A stretch of DNA of 64,000 bases from Bdellovibrionales bacterium (GTDB lineage: Bacteria > Bdellovibrionota > UBA1018 > CAIMNF01): positions 1 through 64,000 of the forward strand of contig JBEIJY010000010.1 in assembly GCA_040380025.1 (NCBI GenBank). The letters are read 5' to 3'. The notes beneath the pieces were generated by a model, which had not been told where the DNA came from, did not search any database, and saw nothing but the letters and a program-made list of their open reading frames with translations. The translations under genes were made by a program, and so were the position numbers. Shown piece by piece: positions 1 to 9,072 of this stretch; the first letter of the stretch is position 1; each line of letters begins with the position of its first letter.

Positions 1-143
1 CTCGGAGCGTCTGGCTTTGGTGCCCCTCGGATGGGGGGTGTGAGGGCCTCAAGAAGCGGAAATCACACCCCATTCCCGAGGCGCCCCATTTTTTGAGCCA
101 GCTTAAAATTCCCCCGTGATTCCAAAATGTTGCCACCAATTTC

Positions 144-173
144 TTGACTTCGCGCGACGAAAATCGCTACTCT
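144..173 (+). promoter_or_regulatory. Putative sigma70 promoter of mraY (leaderless-type)
   Basis: TTGACT(144-149)-18 nt-TACTCT(168-173)-7 nt-ATG(181); no SD. Confidence 0.6.
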
Positions 174-180
174 CCGGCCT

Positions 181-1257
181 ATGCTCTATTCCCTCCTGTA
201 TCCGCTCCACGAGACTTTCAGTGCGCTCAACGTATTCAAATACATCACCTTCCGCACTCTCGGGGCGATGCTGACCGCGATCGTGTTCAGTCTGTTCTTC
301 GGAGGCCCCTTCATTCGCTGGCTCAAGGCGAAATCGATCGGGCAAAGCATCCGCGAACTCGGCCCCGAATCGCATTACTCAAAAAAAGGCACACCCACCA
401 TGGGAGGAGGCCTCATTCTGGGTGCGATCCTGATCTCGACCCTTCTTTGGTCCGACCTGAAGAGTCTCTACATCTGGGTGTCGCTGTTCGTGCTGGTCGG
501 GATCGGCGTGATCGGCTGGATCGACGACTATAAAAAAGTCGTCATGAAAAACTCAAAAGGCCTGAGCGCCCGGCAAAAGCTCTTGTTCCAGACCCTGGTG
601 GCACTCGTTGCCTCGATCATTCTGTATCAGTTTCGCGATGCCCCGCCCGAACTGCGGTTTCCGTTCTTCAAAGATCTCTCACTTCCGCTCGGGGTGTTCT
701 TCATTCCCTTTTCGACGCTCGTGATTGTCGGCGCCTCGAACGCCGTGAACCTCACCGACGGGCTCGATGGCCTTGCCGTCGGTCCCACGATCACCACCTC
801 GCTCACGTTCGCGGTACTCGCTTATTGCGCCGGCCACCACATGATCGCCGAATATCTGCAAATCCCGATCGTCGACGGGGCAGGGGAGCTCTCGATCTTT
901 CTTGCGAGCACCGGGGCGGCGTGCCTTGGCTTTCTTTGGTTCAATGCCTATCCGGCCGAGGTCTTCATGGGCGATGTCGGAGCCCTCGCCCTGGGCGGCG
1001 CCCTCGGGGTCGCGGCCGTGATCACGAAGAACGAGCTTTTGCTCGTCATCTGCGGCGGAATCTCCGTACTCGAGGCCATTAGCGTCATGATGCAGGTGGC
1101 GTCGTTCAAGCTCACCGGCAAGCGCATCTTTCGCATGGCGCCCCTTCACCATCATTTCGAAAAGAAGGGCTGGCACGAATCGAAAGTCACCGTCCGGTTC
1201 TGGATCATCTCGATCATGCTGTCGGTCGCAACTCTTGCAACTTTAAAACTTCGCTAA
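181..1257 (+). CDS. mraY: Phospho-N-acetylmuramoyl-pentapeptide transferase
   Basis: KKGTPTMGG, NAVNLTDGLDGL, FMGDVG, MAPLHHHFE motifs; multi-TM; heads mur operon. Confidence 0.98.
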   Translation: MLYSLLYPLHETFSALNVFKYITFRTLGAMLTAIVFSLFFGGPFIRWLKAKSIGQSIRELGPESHYSKKGTPTMGGGLILGAILISTLLWSDLKSLYIWVSLFVLVGIGVIGWIDDYKKVVMKNSKGLSARQKLLFQTLVALVASIILYQFRDAPPELRFPFFKDLSLPLGVFFIPFSTLVIVGASNAVNLTDGLDGLAVGPTITTSLTFAVLAYCAGHHMIAEYLQIPIVDGAGELSIFLASTGAACLGFLWFNAYPAEVFMGDVGALALGGALGVAAVITKNELLLVICGGISVLEAISVMMQVASFKLTGKRIFRMAPLHHHFEKKGWHESKVTVRFWIISIMLSVATLATLKLR

Positions 1258-1275
1258 CATCAGGAGCAGTCGGTT

Positions 1276-2661
1276 ATGAGCAAATTCAAAGGTAAAAAAG
1301 TATTGATCGTCGGATGCGGACTCTCGGGAGTCGCATCGGCCAAGTTCTTGGTGCGTCAAGGGGCGCGGGTGATGATCACCGACCAAAAACAGCGCACCGA
1401 GCTTGCCGAGATGATAAAAGAGCTCGGTGACCTGAAAGTCGAATTCGAGTTCGGCGGCCACACAGAACGCTCCTTCATGGGGGCCGACATGATCATCGTG
1501 AGCCCCGGTGTGAACGTGGCCCAGCACTCGCTTCTGCAAGCGGCGCGCGCCAAGGGTACGCCGGTCACAAGCGAGATCGAGCTTGCCGTGGGCGAACTCG
1601 AACAGCCCCTGATCGCCATTACCGGGACGAACGGCAAGTCGACCGTCACGACCCTGACGGGCGAGCTCTTCAAGCACGATCAAAAAACGGCATTCGTGGG
1701 CGGGAACCTCGGCACGCCGCTCATCGACTATGTCACCGCGGGCCAACCGGGCCAGGTCGCGGTGTGCGAGCTTTCGAGCGCGCAGCTCGAACTGACCGAA
1801 AAAATGGTTCCGGCCGTTGCCGTGTTCACGAACATCGATCAAGACCACTTGGATCGCTATGGCACGATGGAAAACTACATCGCAGCCAAAAAGAAGCTTC
1901 TGAAAGTGTGCGACCGGAACTCCTGGGTCGTGCTGAACCATGATGATCCCGTCGTTCGCGGCTTTGCGGGCGAGTGCAGCGGTAAAATCGTGTGGTTCTC
2001 GCTCAAAAGCCCGATCGAGACGGGCGGCGAGTTCGCCGAGCGGTTTTTCGGAGCCTATTACGATGCCGCGAAGAACTCGATCGTCACCAAACTGACAGGC
2101 AAGGACGAGGTGTACAGTCTCGAGCAATTCAAGCTCTTTGGCGATCACAACAAGCAAAATCTGATGGCCTCGATCTGTGCCGCTCGCGTCATGGGTGTGA
2201 GCCAGCAGGCCATTCAAAACTGCATCAATCAGTTCAAGGGGCTTCCGCACCGGCTTGAGTTCGTCCGCAAGAAGGACGGCGTGTACTTCTTCAATGACTC
2301 CAAGGCCACCAACATTCAGAGCGTGCAGGCTTCTTTGAATGCCTTCAAACGCTCGCCGATCATTTTGATCGCAGGCGGCAAGGACAAGAACATGGACTTC
2401 TCGCCGCTTGCGCAGATTGTCCATTCGAAGGTGAAGCTTTTGATTCTGGTGGGCGAGGCGAAAGAGAAGATCAACCGCGCGCTCGGGGATTTTGCCGAGA
2501 CGTATCTGGTCGGAACTTTCGAAGAAGCCGTTCTCATGTCCTTCCAAAAATCGAGAAACGGGGATATTATTTTATTATCACCGGGATGTTCGAGTCAGGA
2601 CCTGTTCCGTGACTTCGAAGAGCGAGGGGACTATTTCAAAAAATTGGTCAATCAGCTTTAA
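1276..2661 (+). CDS. murD: UDP-MurNAc-L-Ala--D-Glu ligase
   Basis: GxGxSG N-terminus, ITGTNGKST P-loop, ELSSAQL, DHLDRY, NDSKATN, LSPGCSS. Confidence 0.97.
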   Translation: MSKFKGKKVLIVGCGLSGVASAKFLVRQGARVMITDQKQRTELAEMIKELGDLKVEFEFGGHTERSFMGADMIIVSPGVNVAQHSLLQAARAKGTPVTSEIELAVGELEQPLIAITGTNGKSTVTTLTGELFKHDQKTAFVGGNLGTPLIDYVTAGQPGQVAVCELSSAQLELTEKMVPAVAVFTNIDQDHLDRYGTMENYIAAKKKLLKVCDRNSWVVLNHDDPVVRGFAGECSGKIVWFSLKSPIETGGEFAERFFGAYYDAAKNSIVTKLTGKDEVYSLEQFKLFGDHNKQNLMASICAARVMGVSQQAIQNCINQFKGLPHRLEFVRKKDGVYFFNDSKATNIQSVQASLNAFKRSPIILIAGGKDKNMDFSPLAQIVHSKVKLLILVGEAKEKINRALGDFAETYLVGTFEEAVLMSFQKSRNGDIILLSPGCSSQDLFRDFEERGDYFKKLVNQL

Positions 2662-3799
2662 GGGGTTTTTCTCAAGACAGCCGGGGGGCGATCTTGTCCT
2701 TCTGGGGCTTGTGCTTTCGATGGTCCTCTTCGGACTATTGATGGTGTACAGCTCTTCGTTCATCTTTGCCGAGGAACGCACCGGAAACGGCTACACGTAC
2801 ATCCTGAAGCAGCTTCTTTACGCCGTGCTCGGCTTTTTTGCGTTTGTGGTGGCCTCGCGGGTCCCTCATCAAAAGTGGTACCAATGGGCTCCGGCGGCGC
2901 TGTTTGCGGTGCTGGCCATGCTGGTGCTCGTGATGATTCCCGGAATCGGCGCCCGTTCGGGAGGCGCCCAACGCTGGATCAACCTCGGGCTCTTTCGGTT
3001 TCAGCCCGGGGAGCTTGCAAAGCTCGTGGGCGTGATGTTCGTGGGCCGCCAGCTCGTGCGCCATCAGCGCGATCTTTCGGACTTCCGGAAGGGCGTGATC
3101 GCCCCGGTGGCCTTGCTCGTTCCCGTGATGATTTTGCTTCTGCTTCAGCCTGATTTCGGTTCGACGGCGCTTCTTGCGGGTACCGCCTTTGTGCTCATGT
3201 ATGTGGCCGGGGTGCGGCCGTTGTTCTTGTTCGGGGGGCTGTTCGGTGCCGGTCTGATGGCGACGGGGCTGATCCTGACCTCGCCCTATCGCATGGCGCG
3301 GGTGATGGCGTTTTTGGACCCCTGGCGGGACCCTGCCGGAAAAGGCTTTCAGGTCATTCAGTCCATGCTCGGTCTTCATAACGGGAGCCTTCTCGGGCAG
3401 GGGCTCGGAAACGGGAAAGAGAAGCTGTTTTTTCTCCCGGAAGCGCACAATGATTTCATCTTCGCCGTGATCGGCGAGGAGCTCGGCTTTGTCGGAGTTG
3501 CGGGCGTGATCCTTGCGTACATTCTGTTCATTTACCGGGGACTCAAAATCTCCTGGGTCGCACTGAGCCAGCGGGGAGACCGCTTCGGGTTTTATCTTGG
3601 TTCCGGAATCTCGCTTTTGCTCGGGCTTCAGGCGTTCATCAACATGGGAGTCGTAATGGGGCTCCTTCCGACCAAGGGGCTCACGCTTCCGCTCATCAGC
3701 TACGGGGGATCGGCCCTGACCCTGAATCTCGCCGCGATTGGAATTTTATACAGCATCTCGAAGGCCAATCAGGGATCGTTCCACAGTATTTATGAATAA
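2609..3799 (+). CDS. ftsW: Cell division SEDS glycosyltransferase (start uncertain; GTG 2609 with CAGGA upstream preferred over 2492)
   Basis: GAQRWI, FQPGELAK, QPDFGS, LPEAHNDFIF, LPTKGLTLPLISYGGS; between murD and murG. Confidence 0.95.
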   Translation: MTSKSEGTISKNWSISFKGFFSRQPGGDLVLLGLVLSMVLFGLLMVYSSSFIFAEERTGNGYTYILKQLLYAVLGFFAFVVASRVPHQKWYQWAPAALFAVLAMLVLVMIPGIGARSGGAQRWINLGLFRFQPGELAKLVGVMFVGRQLVRHQRDLSDFRKGVIAPVALLVPVMILLLLQPDFGSTALLAGTAFVLMYVAGVRPLFLFGGLFGAGLMATGLILTSPYRMARVMAFLDPWRDPAGKGFQVIQSMLGLHNGSLLGQGLGNGKEKLFFLPEAHNDFIFAVIGEELGFVGVAGVILAYILFIYRGLKISWVALSQRGDRFGFYLGSGISLLLGLQAFINMGVVMGLLPTKGLTLPLISYGGSALTLNLAAIGILYSISKANQGSFHSIYE

Positions 3800-3830
3800 C
3801 AGTAGTTATGAGTAACAGTAGTTATGAATA
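3783..3830 (+). repeat. 3 x 16-bp AT-rich tandem repeat spanning the ftsW stop and murG start
   Basis: ACAGTATTTATGAATA / ACAGTAGTTATGAGTA / ACAGTAGTTATGAATA. Confidence 0.9.
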
Positions 3831-4915
3831 AGCGTCTTCTCGTCGCCGGAGGAGGTACAGGCGGTCATATTCTTGCGGGTGTTGCCATTGCCGACGAATG
3901 GAAGCGTCAGGTGCAGTCCGAATTCGGACTCATGCCTGAAGTGCTGTTCGTGGGTGCGAAGGGCGGGCTCGAAGAAACGCTCGTTCCCAAAAACGGCTAC
4001 CCCCTAAAAACCCTCGAAATCGGCGCCTTGAATCGCGTGAATGCACTGACCCGGGTTCTGACCCTGGTCAAGCTCCCGCTTGCGTTCCTGAAGTCGCTTT
4101 TGCTTTTGATTTGGTTCCGGCCGGATGCCGTGATCGGCGTCGGCGGCTATGCCTCGGGGCCCGTGGTGTTGCTCGCGCGCCTGCTTTCGCCCGTTCTGAA
4201 CATCAAGACCGCGATCATCGAGCAGAACTCCGTCGCCGGATTCACGAACCGCATGCTCGGGCGCTGGGTGCATTTTGTGTTTTGCGCCTTTCAGGCCGGA
4301 GCGGCTCCGTTCGATGCCAAAAAAGTCAGGGTCACGGGCAACCCCATCCGTGCCACCTTCAAGAGCCTGCCTCCGTCGAAGAAGGAGCCCTTCACGATGT
4401 TCGTGTTCGGGGGAAGCCAGGGCGCGATGGGAATCAACTCGCTCGTGCTCGAGAGCCTTCCGTACCTGAAAGAAAGCGGAATCCGCATCATTCACCAGAC
4501 CGGCACCAAAGATTACGAGCGGGTGAAAGCCGGCTACGATCGGGCAGGGGTGCAGGCGCGGATCGAGAAGTTCATTTACGACATGGAATCCTGCTACGCC
4601 GAGGCGAGCCTCGTGGTGTGCCGTGCGGGTGCTTCGTCGATGACCGAGCTTTCCTCGGTGGGACGCGCTCCGGTGTTCATTCCGCTCCCGACCGCGGCCG
4701 ACAATCATCAAGAAAAAAACGCCCGGATCTACGAAGCCGATCAGGCGGCCTGGGTGGTACCTCAGGGCAAGCTCACGGGCCAGGAGTTCTCGTCGCTTGT
4801 TTTGGATCTGAAATCCGACCCGGCGAAGATCTCCGGGGTCGAAGAGCGAATCCGCCGGTTTTACCGCCCCGATTCGGCCGATCTCATCGTCAAAACCTTA
4901 CGAGGCCTTGCATGA
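3824..4915 (+). CDS. murG: Undecaprenyl-PP-MurNAc-pentapeptide GlcNAc transferase
   Basis: GGGTGGH, GGYAS, EQN, TGNPIR, GGSQGA, CRAGASS, HQEKNA. Confidence 0.97.
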   Translation: MNKRLLVAGGGTGGHILAGVAIADEWKRQVQSEFGLMPEVLFVGAKGGLEETLVPKNGYPLKTLEIGALNRVNALTRVLTLVKLPLAFLKSLLLLIWFRPDAVIGVGGYASGPVVLLARLLSPVLNIKTAIIEQNSVAGFTNRMLGRWVHFVFCAFQAGAAPFDAKKVRVTGNPIRATFKSLPPSKKEPFTMFVFGGSQGAMGINSLVLESLPYLKESGIRIIHQTGTKDYERVKAGYDRAGVQARIEKFIYDMESCYAEASLVVCRAGASSMTELSSVGRAPVFIPLPTAADNHQEKNARIYEADQAAWVVPQGKLTGQEFSSLVLDLKSDPAKISGVEERIRRFYRPDSADLIVKTLRGLA

Positions 4916-6309
4916 ATCCTGTGTATCGAATTCATTTTGTCGGAATCGGAGGGATCGGCATGAGCGGAATCGCCGAGATCTTCCTTGCACGGGGAATGAC
5001 GGTGACGGGCTCGGATCTTTCTTCGGGCGAATCGACCGAGCGGCTCGTGCGCTTGGGCGCCGAGATTTTTTACGGCCACAACCGGAGCAACGTGAAGGAT
5101 GTCGACGTGGTCGTGATCAGCTCGGCCGTGGGGCCCGAGAATCCCGAGGTGCTCGAAGCGAAAGCGCGCGGGATTCCCGTGATTCCGCGGGCCGAGATGC
5201 TGGCCGAGATCATGCGCGGAAAAACCGGAATCGCCATCGCCGGCACCCACGGCAAGACCACGACGACCTCGATGACCGCGCAAATCCTGATGCGCGCGGG
5301 GCTCGATCCGACGGTGGTCGTCGGCGGACGGGTCGAAGCGATCGGAAGCAATGCGAAGACCGGATCGGGCAGGCTGGTCGTCGCCGAGGCCGACGAGAGT
5401 GACGGGAGTTTTCATTTGCTCCCCGCCACTTATGCGGTGATCACGAACATCGATACCGATCACATGGAATATTACCGCACTCGCGAGAACCTGAATGAAG
5501 CCTTTGTGCAGTTCACAAAAAAGATGCCTTTTTACGGACGCACCTGGCTCTGTTTTGAAGACCCGGGAGTGCGCGCGATTCTTCCGGCGCTCACCAAGCC
5601 CCATGCGACCTACGGATTCACGCTCGAGGCCGACCTTGCGGCCTTGAATGTCGCCACCGTTGCCGATGGCCGTCAGGAGTTCGAGCTCTGGCATCGCGCC
5701 CACCGCACCGAAAAGCACGTGCTTCTTGGTAAAATCGTTTTGAATGTGCTCGGTCTTCACAATGTGTTGAACTCGCTCGGCGCGATCGGCGTTTCGATCG
5801 ACTGCGGCGCTTCGTTCGAGGCGGTGCGGGCGGCTCTTTCGGAGTTCGCGCATGTGCGACGCCGCTTCGACGAGCGGTTTTATTCGCAAAAAACCGGCAT
5901 TCGCGTGATCGACGATTACGGGCACCATCCGACCGAGGTCCGCGCGGTGCTCGCGACCGCAAGGCAGACCGGGCACTCGCGGATCATCACGGTGTTCCAA
6001 CCGCACCGCTACAGCAGGACGCGCCTGTGCTGGGATGACTTTTTGACGTGCTTTCGCGATACCGACCAGCTCCTGATGCTTCCGATTTATCCCGCAGGCG
6101 AGGAGCCGCTTCCCGGCGTCGATTCGGGGATTCTTTCGCATGCGATCGGGGATTCGCTCGGAGGTTCGGTGTCGATCCACGGCGCCGAATCGCTCTCGGA
6201 GGCGGCCGACTGGGTGGTTTCGCACGTGCGTCCGGGCGATCTGGTTTTGACGCTCGGAGCGGGCTCGATCACGCGGCTTGCGGGCGAGCTTTCTTCGCGG
6301 CTCAGCTGA
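4912..6309 (+). CDS. murC: UDP-MurNAc--L-alanine ligase (start at ATG 4912, ATGA overlap with murG)
   Basis: HFVGIGGIGMSG, GTHGKTTTT, EADESDGSF, DDYGHHPTE, FQPHRYSR. Confidence 0.97.
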   Translation: MNPVYRIHFVGIGGIGMSGIAEIFLARGMTVTGSDLSSGESTERLVRLGAEIFYGHNRSNVKDVDVVVISSAVGPENPEVLEAKARGIPVIPRAEMLAEIMRGKTGIAIAGTHGKTTTTSMTAQILMRAGLDPTVVVGGRVEAIGSNAKTGSGRLVVAEADESDGSFHLLPATYAVITNIDTDHMEYYRTRENLNEAFVQFTKKMPFYGRTWLCFEDPGVRAILPALTKPHATYGFTLEADLAALNVATVADGRQEFELWHRAHRTEKHVLLGKIVLNVLGLHNVLNSLGAIGVSIDCGASFEAVRAALSEFAHVRRRFDERFYSQKTGIRVIDDYGHHPTEVRAVLATARQTGHSRIITVFQPHRYSRTRLCWDDFLTCFRDTDQLLMLPIYPAGEEPLPGVDSGILSHAIGDSLGGSVSIHGAESLSEAADWVVSHVRPGDLVLTLGAGSITRLAGELSSRLS

Positions 6310-6353
6310 TTCGGTTGTTTTCAATTTCAATTCTGCCCGTGTAAAATCGAATC

Positions 6354-7787
6354 ATGGCGGCTCCTTTGCACACCTTTGTTCTGAGCGACATCCATCTTGC
6401 CGATGCCGAGCTCGGTGTGCCCGGGAAATCCCTCTGGAAGCGCTACAAGCGGCCCAAGTTTTTTGTCGATCAGAGCTTCCGCCGCCTCCTCCGGCACCTC
6501 GAGGAGCAGGTGGGAAGCGATCCCTGCGAACTCATTCTGAACGGCGACATCTTTGATTTTGATTCGGTGATGCGCCTGCCGCTCCATACGAGCCTGCCGG
6601 TTTCGTGGCTCGAAGAGAAGCGCGGGCTGTTTCCCGAAGAAGAGAAATCCCGCTTCAAGATGGAGGTGATCCTGCAAGATCATCCCGTTTTCGTGCACGC
6701 GCTCCGGGAGTTCATCCAAAAAGGAAACTCCGTGGTGTTCATCGTCGGGAACCACGACATGGAACTCCACTGGCCGATGGTGCAAAAAGAGATCCTGAAG
6801 GCGCTGCACCTCTCCGAGGACGAAGAAAAAAAGGTGCGCTTTTGCGAGTGGTTTTACATCTCGAACGGTGACACGACGATCGAGCACGGAAACCAGTACG
6901 ACGATTACTGCGTTTCGATGAACCCCGTGCACCCGTTCATCCGGAAGGGCCGGAAGGTGATGGTGCGGCTTCCGTTCGGGAACATCGCGGGCCGCTACAT
7001 GGTGAACGGCATGGGGCTCTTCAATCCGCACGTCGAGAGCTCCTTTTTGATGGATCTTCCGCAGTATTTTTACTTTTTTTACCGCTATGCCGTGCGCGTC
7101 CAGCCGCTTCTGCCGCTCACCTGGCTCTGGGGAGCCTTTGTGTCGTTCTGGGCGGCGATGCAGGATGGTCTTTTGCCCGCCATGCGGGACCCGCTCTTCA
7201 CCGAGCAACGGGTCCACGAGGTTGCCGAGAAGGCGAACGCCACTCCCGAAATGGTGCGGATGATGAACGAGCTCAAGGCCCATTCGGCCATCTTCAATCC
7301 GATCAAGATCGCGCGCGAGCTCTGGATCGACCGGTTTTTGATTCTGGCCCTGATCGGATTTGTGAGCTTCAACCTGTATGCGTCGATCCACCTGTGGGTG
7401 CCGATCTCGTCCCTTTGGTTTGCGTTGTTTTTTGTTCTGTTCACTCCGGGGCTCATTTTTTACTCCAGGAACATCAAAAGCGTTGTGGTCGAGACGATGG
7501 AGGAGATTTTCAAGAACGCGCCCATGGTGGCCCGGATCACAAAAACGAAAAGAGTGGTGTTCGGCCACACCCATCGCGAGCTCCATACTGCGGTCGATCA
7601 GGTCGAGGTGTTGAATACCGGCACCTGGTCGCCCGCCTTCAAGGACCCCGAATGCCGCGAGAGTTTCGGAAAGAAATGCTTTGCATGGATTCGCTACCCG
7701 GTCGAAGGGGAGTCCCGCGAGGAGCGAGTGGCCGATCTTTTCGTTTGGAACGATCCCGGACTTGAAAAGATCGCCCTGAGAAAGTAG
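6354..7787 (+). CDS. Calcineurin-like metallophosphoesterase with membrane segments
   Basis: SDIH, GDIFD, GNHD, EHG, FGHTH, NTGTW motifs; two hydrophobic helices before motif V. Confidence 0.85.
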   Translation: MAAPLHTFVLSDIHLADAELGVPGKSLWKRYKRPKFFVDQSFRRLLRHLEEQVGSDPCELILNGDIFDFDSVMRLPLHTSLPVSWLEEKRGLFPEEEKSRFKMEVILQDHPVFVHALREFIQKGNSVVFIVGNHDMELHWPMVQKEILKALHLSEDEEKKVRFCEWFYISNGDTTIEHGNQYDDYCVSMNPVHPFIRKGRKVMVRLPFGNIAGRYMVNGMGLFNPHVESSFLMDLPQYFYFFYRYAVRVQPLLPLTWLWGAFVSFWAAMQDGLLPAMRDPLFTEQRVHEVAEKANATPEMVRMMNELKAHSAIFNPIKIARELWIDRFLILALIGFVSFNLYASIHLWVPISSLWFALFFVLFTPGLIFYSRNIKSVVVETMEEIFKNAPMVARITKTKRVVFGHTHRELHTAVDQVEVLNTGTWSPAFKDPECRESFGKKCFAWIRYPVEGESREERVADLFVWNDPGLEKIALRK

Positions 7788-7796
7788 ACGATTCCG

Positions 7797-9011
7797 ATGA
7801 GAACCGTTTCTGTTGCCGACATCGAGCAGGCGCAAGCCCTGCTCTCGACCATTCTCCCACCCACGCCTCTGGTTCGAAATGAGTGGCTCTCGAACCAATA
7901 CGAGTGCGAGGTGTACCTGAAGCTCGAGACCGTCCAGCCGATCGGGTCATTCAAAATCAGGGGCGCGACCTATCGAATTTCAAAACTCACCCCGGCCGAA
8001 AAAAAGGCGGGCGTGATCGCCGCCAGCGCCGGAAACCACGCCCAGGGAGTCGCCTGGGGGGCACGGCACTTCGGCACCTCGGCGCTGATCGTGATGCCCG
8101 AGACGGCGTCGCTCATGAAGGTCTCGAACACCCAAAGACTGGGCGCCCTCATTCATCAGGACGGCGAGAGCTACGACCAGAGCTTTCAGGCCGCGCAGAG
8201 GCTCATGGCCGAAACGGGCCGTACCTATGTGCATGCGTTTCATGATCCCGATGTGATTGCAGGCCAAGGAACCGTGGGGCTCGAGATCCTGGCCCAACTG
8301 CCCGAGGTCGATGTCGTCGTGACCTCGATCGGTGGCGGCGGACTGTGTTCGGGCATGGGAATCGCACTCAAATCGAAAAAGCCTTCAGTCAGGATCATCG
8401 CCTGCCAGGCCGAGAATGTTTCTGCGATGGCGAAGTCACTCCGGGAGCATCATGTGGTCGAGAGCCCGAATCTCGGCACCATGGCGGACGGAATCGCGGT
8501 GCAGAAGGCGAATCCCGACATGTACGGCATTCTGAGCGGCATCGTCGACGAGATCTTCACCTCGGACGAAGAAGAGATCGCGATGAATGTGCTGAGACTC
8601 ATGGAGACCGGAAAGGTCCTGGGCGAGGGAAGTGCCGCGATCGTGCTGGGCGCGCTCGATCGCTACCGCGACCAGCTCAAAGGGAAAAAGGTCGTGCTCC
8701 TCGTGTGCGGCGGCAACATCGATGTGAATCTGATTTCGCGGATCATCGATCGGGGGCTCATCCGCTCGGGCAGACGACTTCATTTGCGGGTCCGGATCCA
8801 GGATCGTCCCGGCTCGCTCTCGCGCCTGACCGGGCTGATCGCCGCGCATCGCGCGAACATTTTGCAGACGATTCACGACCGTTCCGAGATGAAGATCCGG
8901 CTCGACGAGACCGGAGTCGAGCTTCTGATCGAAACCCGTGGTCCCGAGCACTCGCAAGAACTCGTCGAGGCGCTTCAAAAAGAATGCCGCGGGGTCGACG
9001 TCGTTCTTTAA
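7797..9011 (+). CDS. ilvA: Threonine ammonia-lyase with C-terminal ACT domain
   Basis: GSFKIRGA PLP lysine, ASAGNHAQG, GGGGL, GGNID, DRPGSL ACT. Confidence 0.92.
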   Translation: MRTVSVADIEQAQALLSTILPPTPLVRNEWLSNQYECEVYLKLETVQPIGSFKIRGATYRISKLTPAEKKAGVIAASAGNHAQGVAWGARHFGTSALIVMPETASLMKVSNTQRLGALIHQDGESYDQSFQAAQRLMAETGRTYVHAFHDPDVIAGQGTVGLEILAQLPEVDVVVTSIGGGGLCSGMGIALKSKKPSVRIIACQAENVSAMAKSLREHHVVESPNLGTMADGIAVQKANPDMYGILSGIVDEIFTSDEEEIAMNVLRLMETGKVLGEGSAAIVLGALDRYRDQLKGKKVVLLVCGGNIDVNLISRIIDRGLIRSGRRLHLRVRIQDRPGSLSRLTGLIAAHRANILQTIHDRSEMKIRLDETGVELLIETRGPEHSQELVEALQKECRGVDVVL

Positions 9012-9072
9012 GGCAACCAAACCGCGGCTCGGAGGCAAGTCTTCTTTTCCGGATCAGGGCGGGTTCCTCATT

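Noticed and set aside
4111..4911. Long N-terminal extension of murC; similar extensions on hutI, gatA, gatC, recA, zapA and the GS-like gene
   Set aside because: Overlap upstream genes or promoters; homology begins at the downstream starts used here.
6354..7787. Calling the phosphoesterase lpxH
   Set aside because: Has GNHD rather than GNRD, is much longer and has TM helices; family-level call only.
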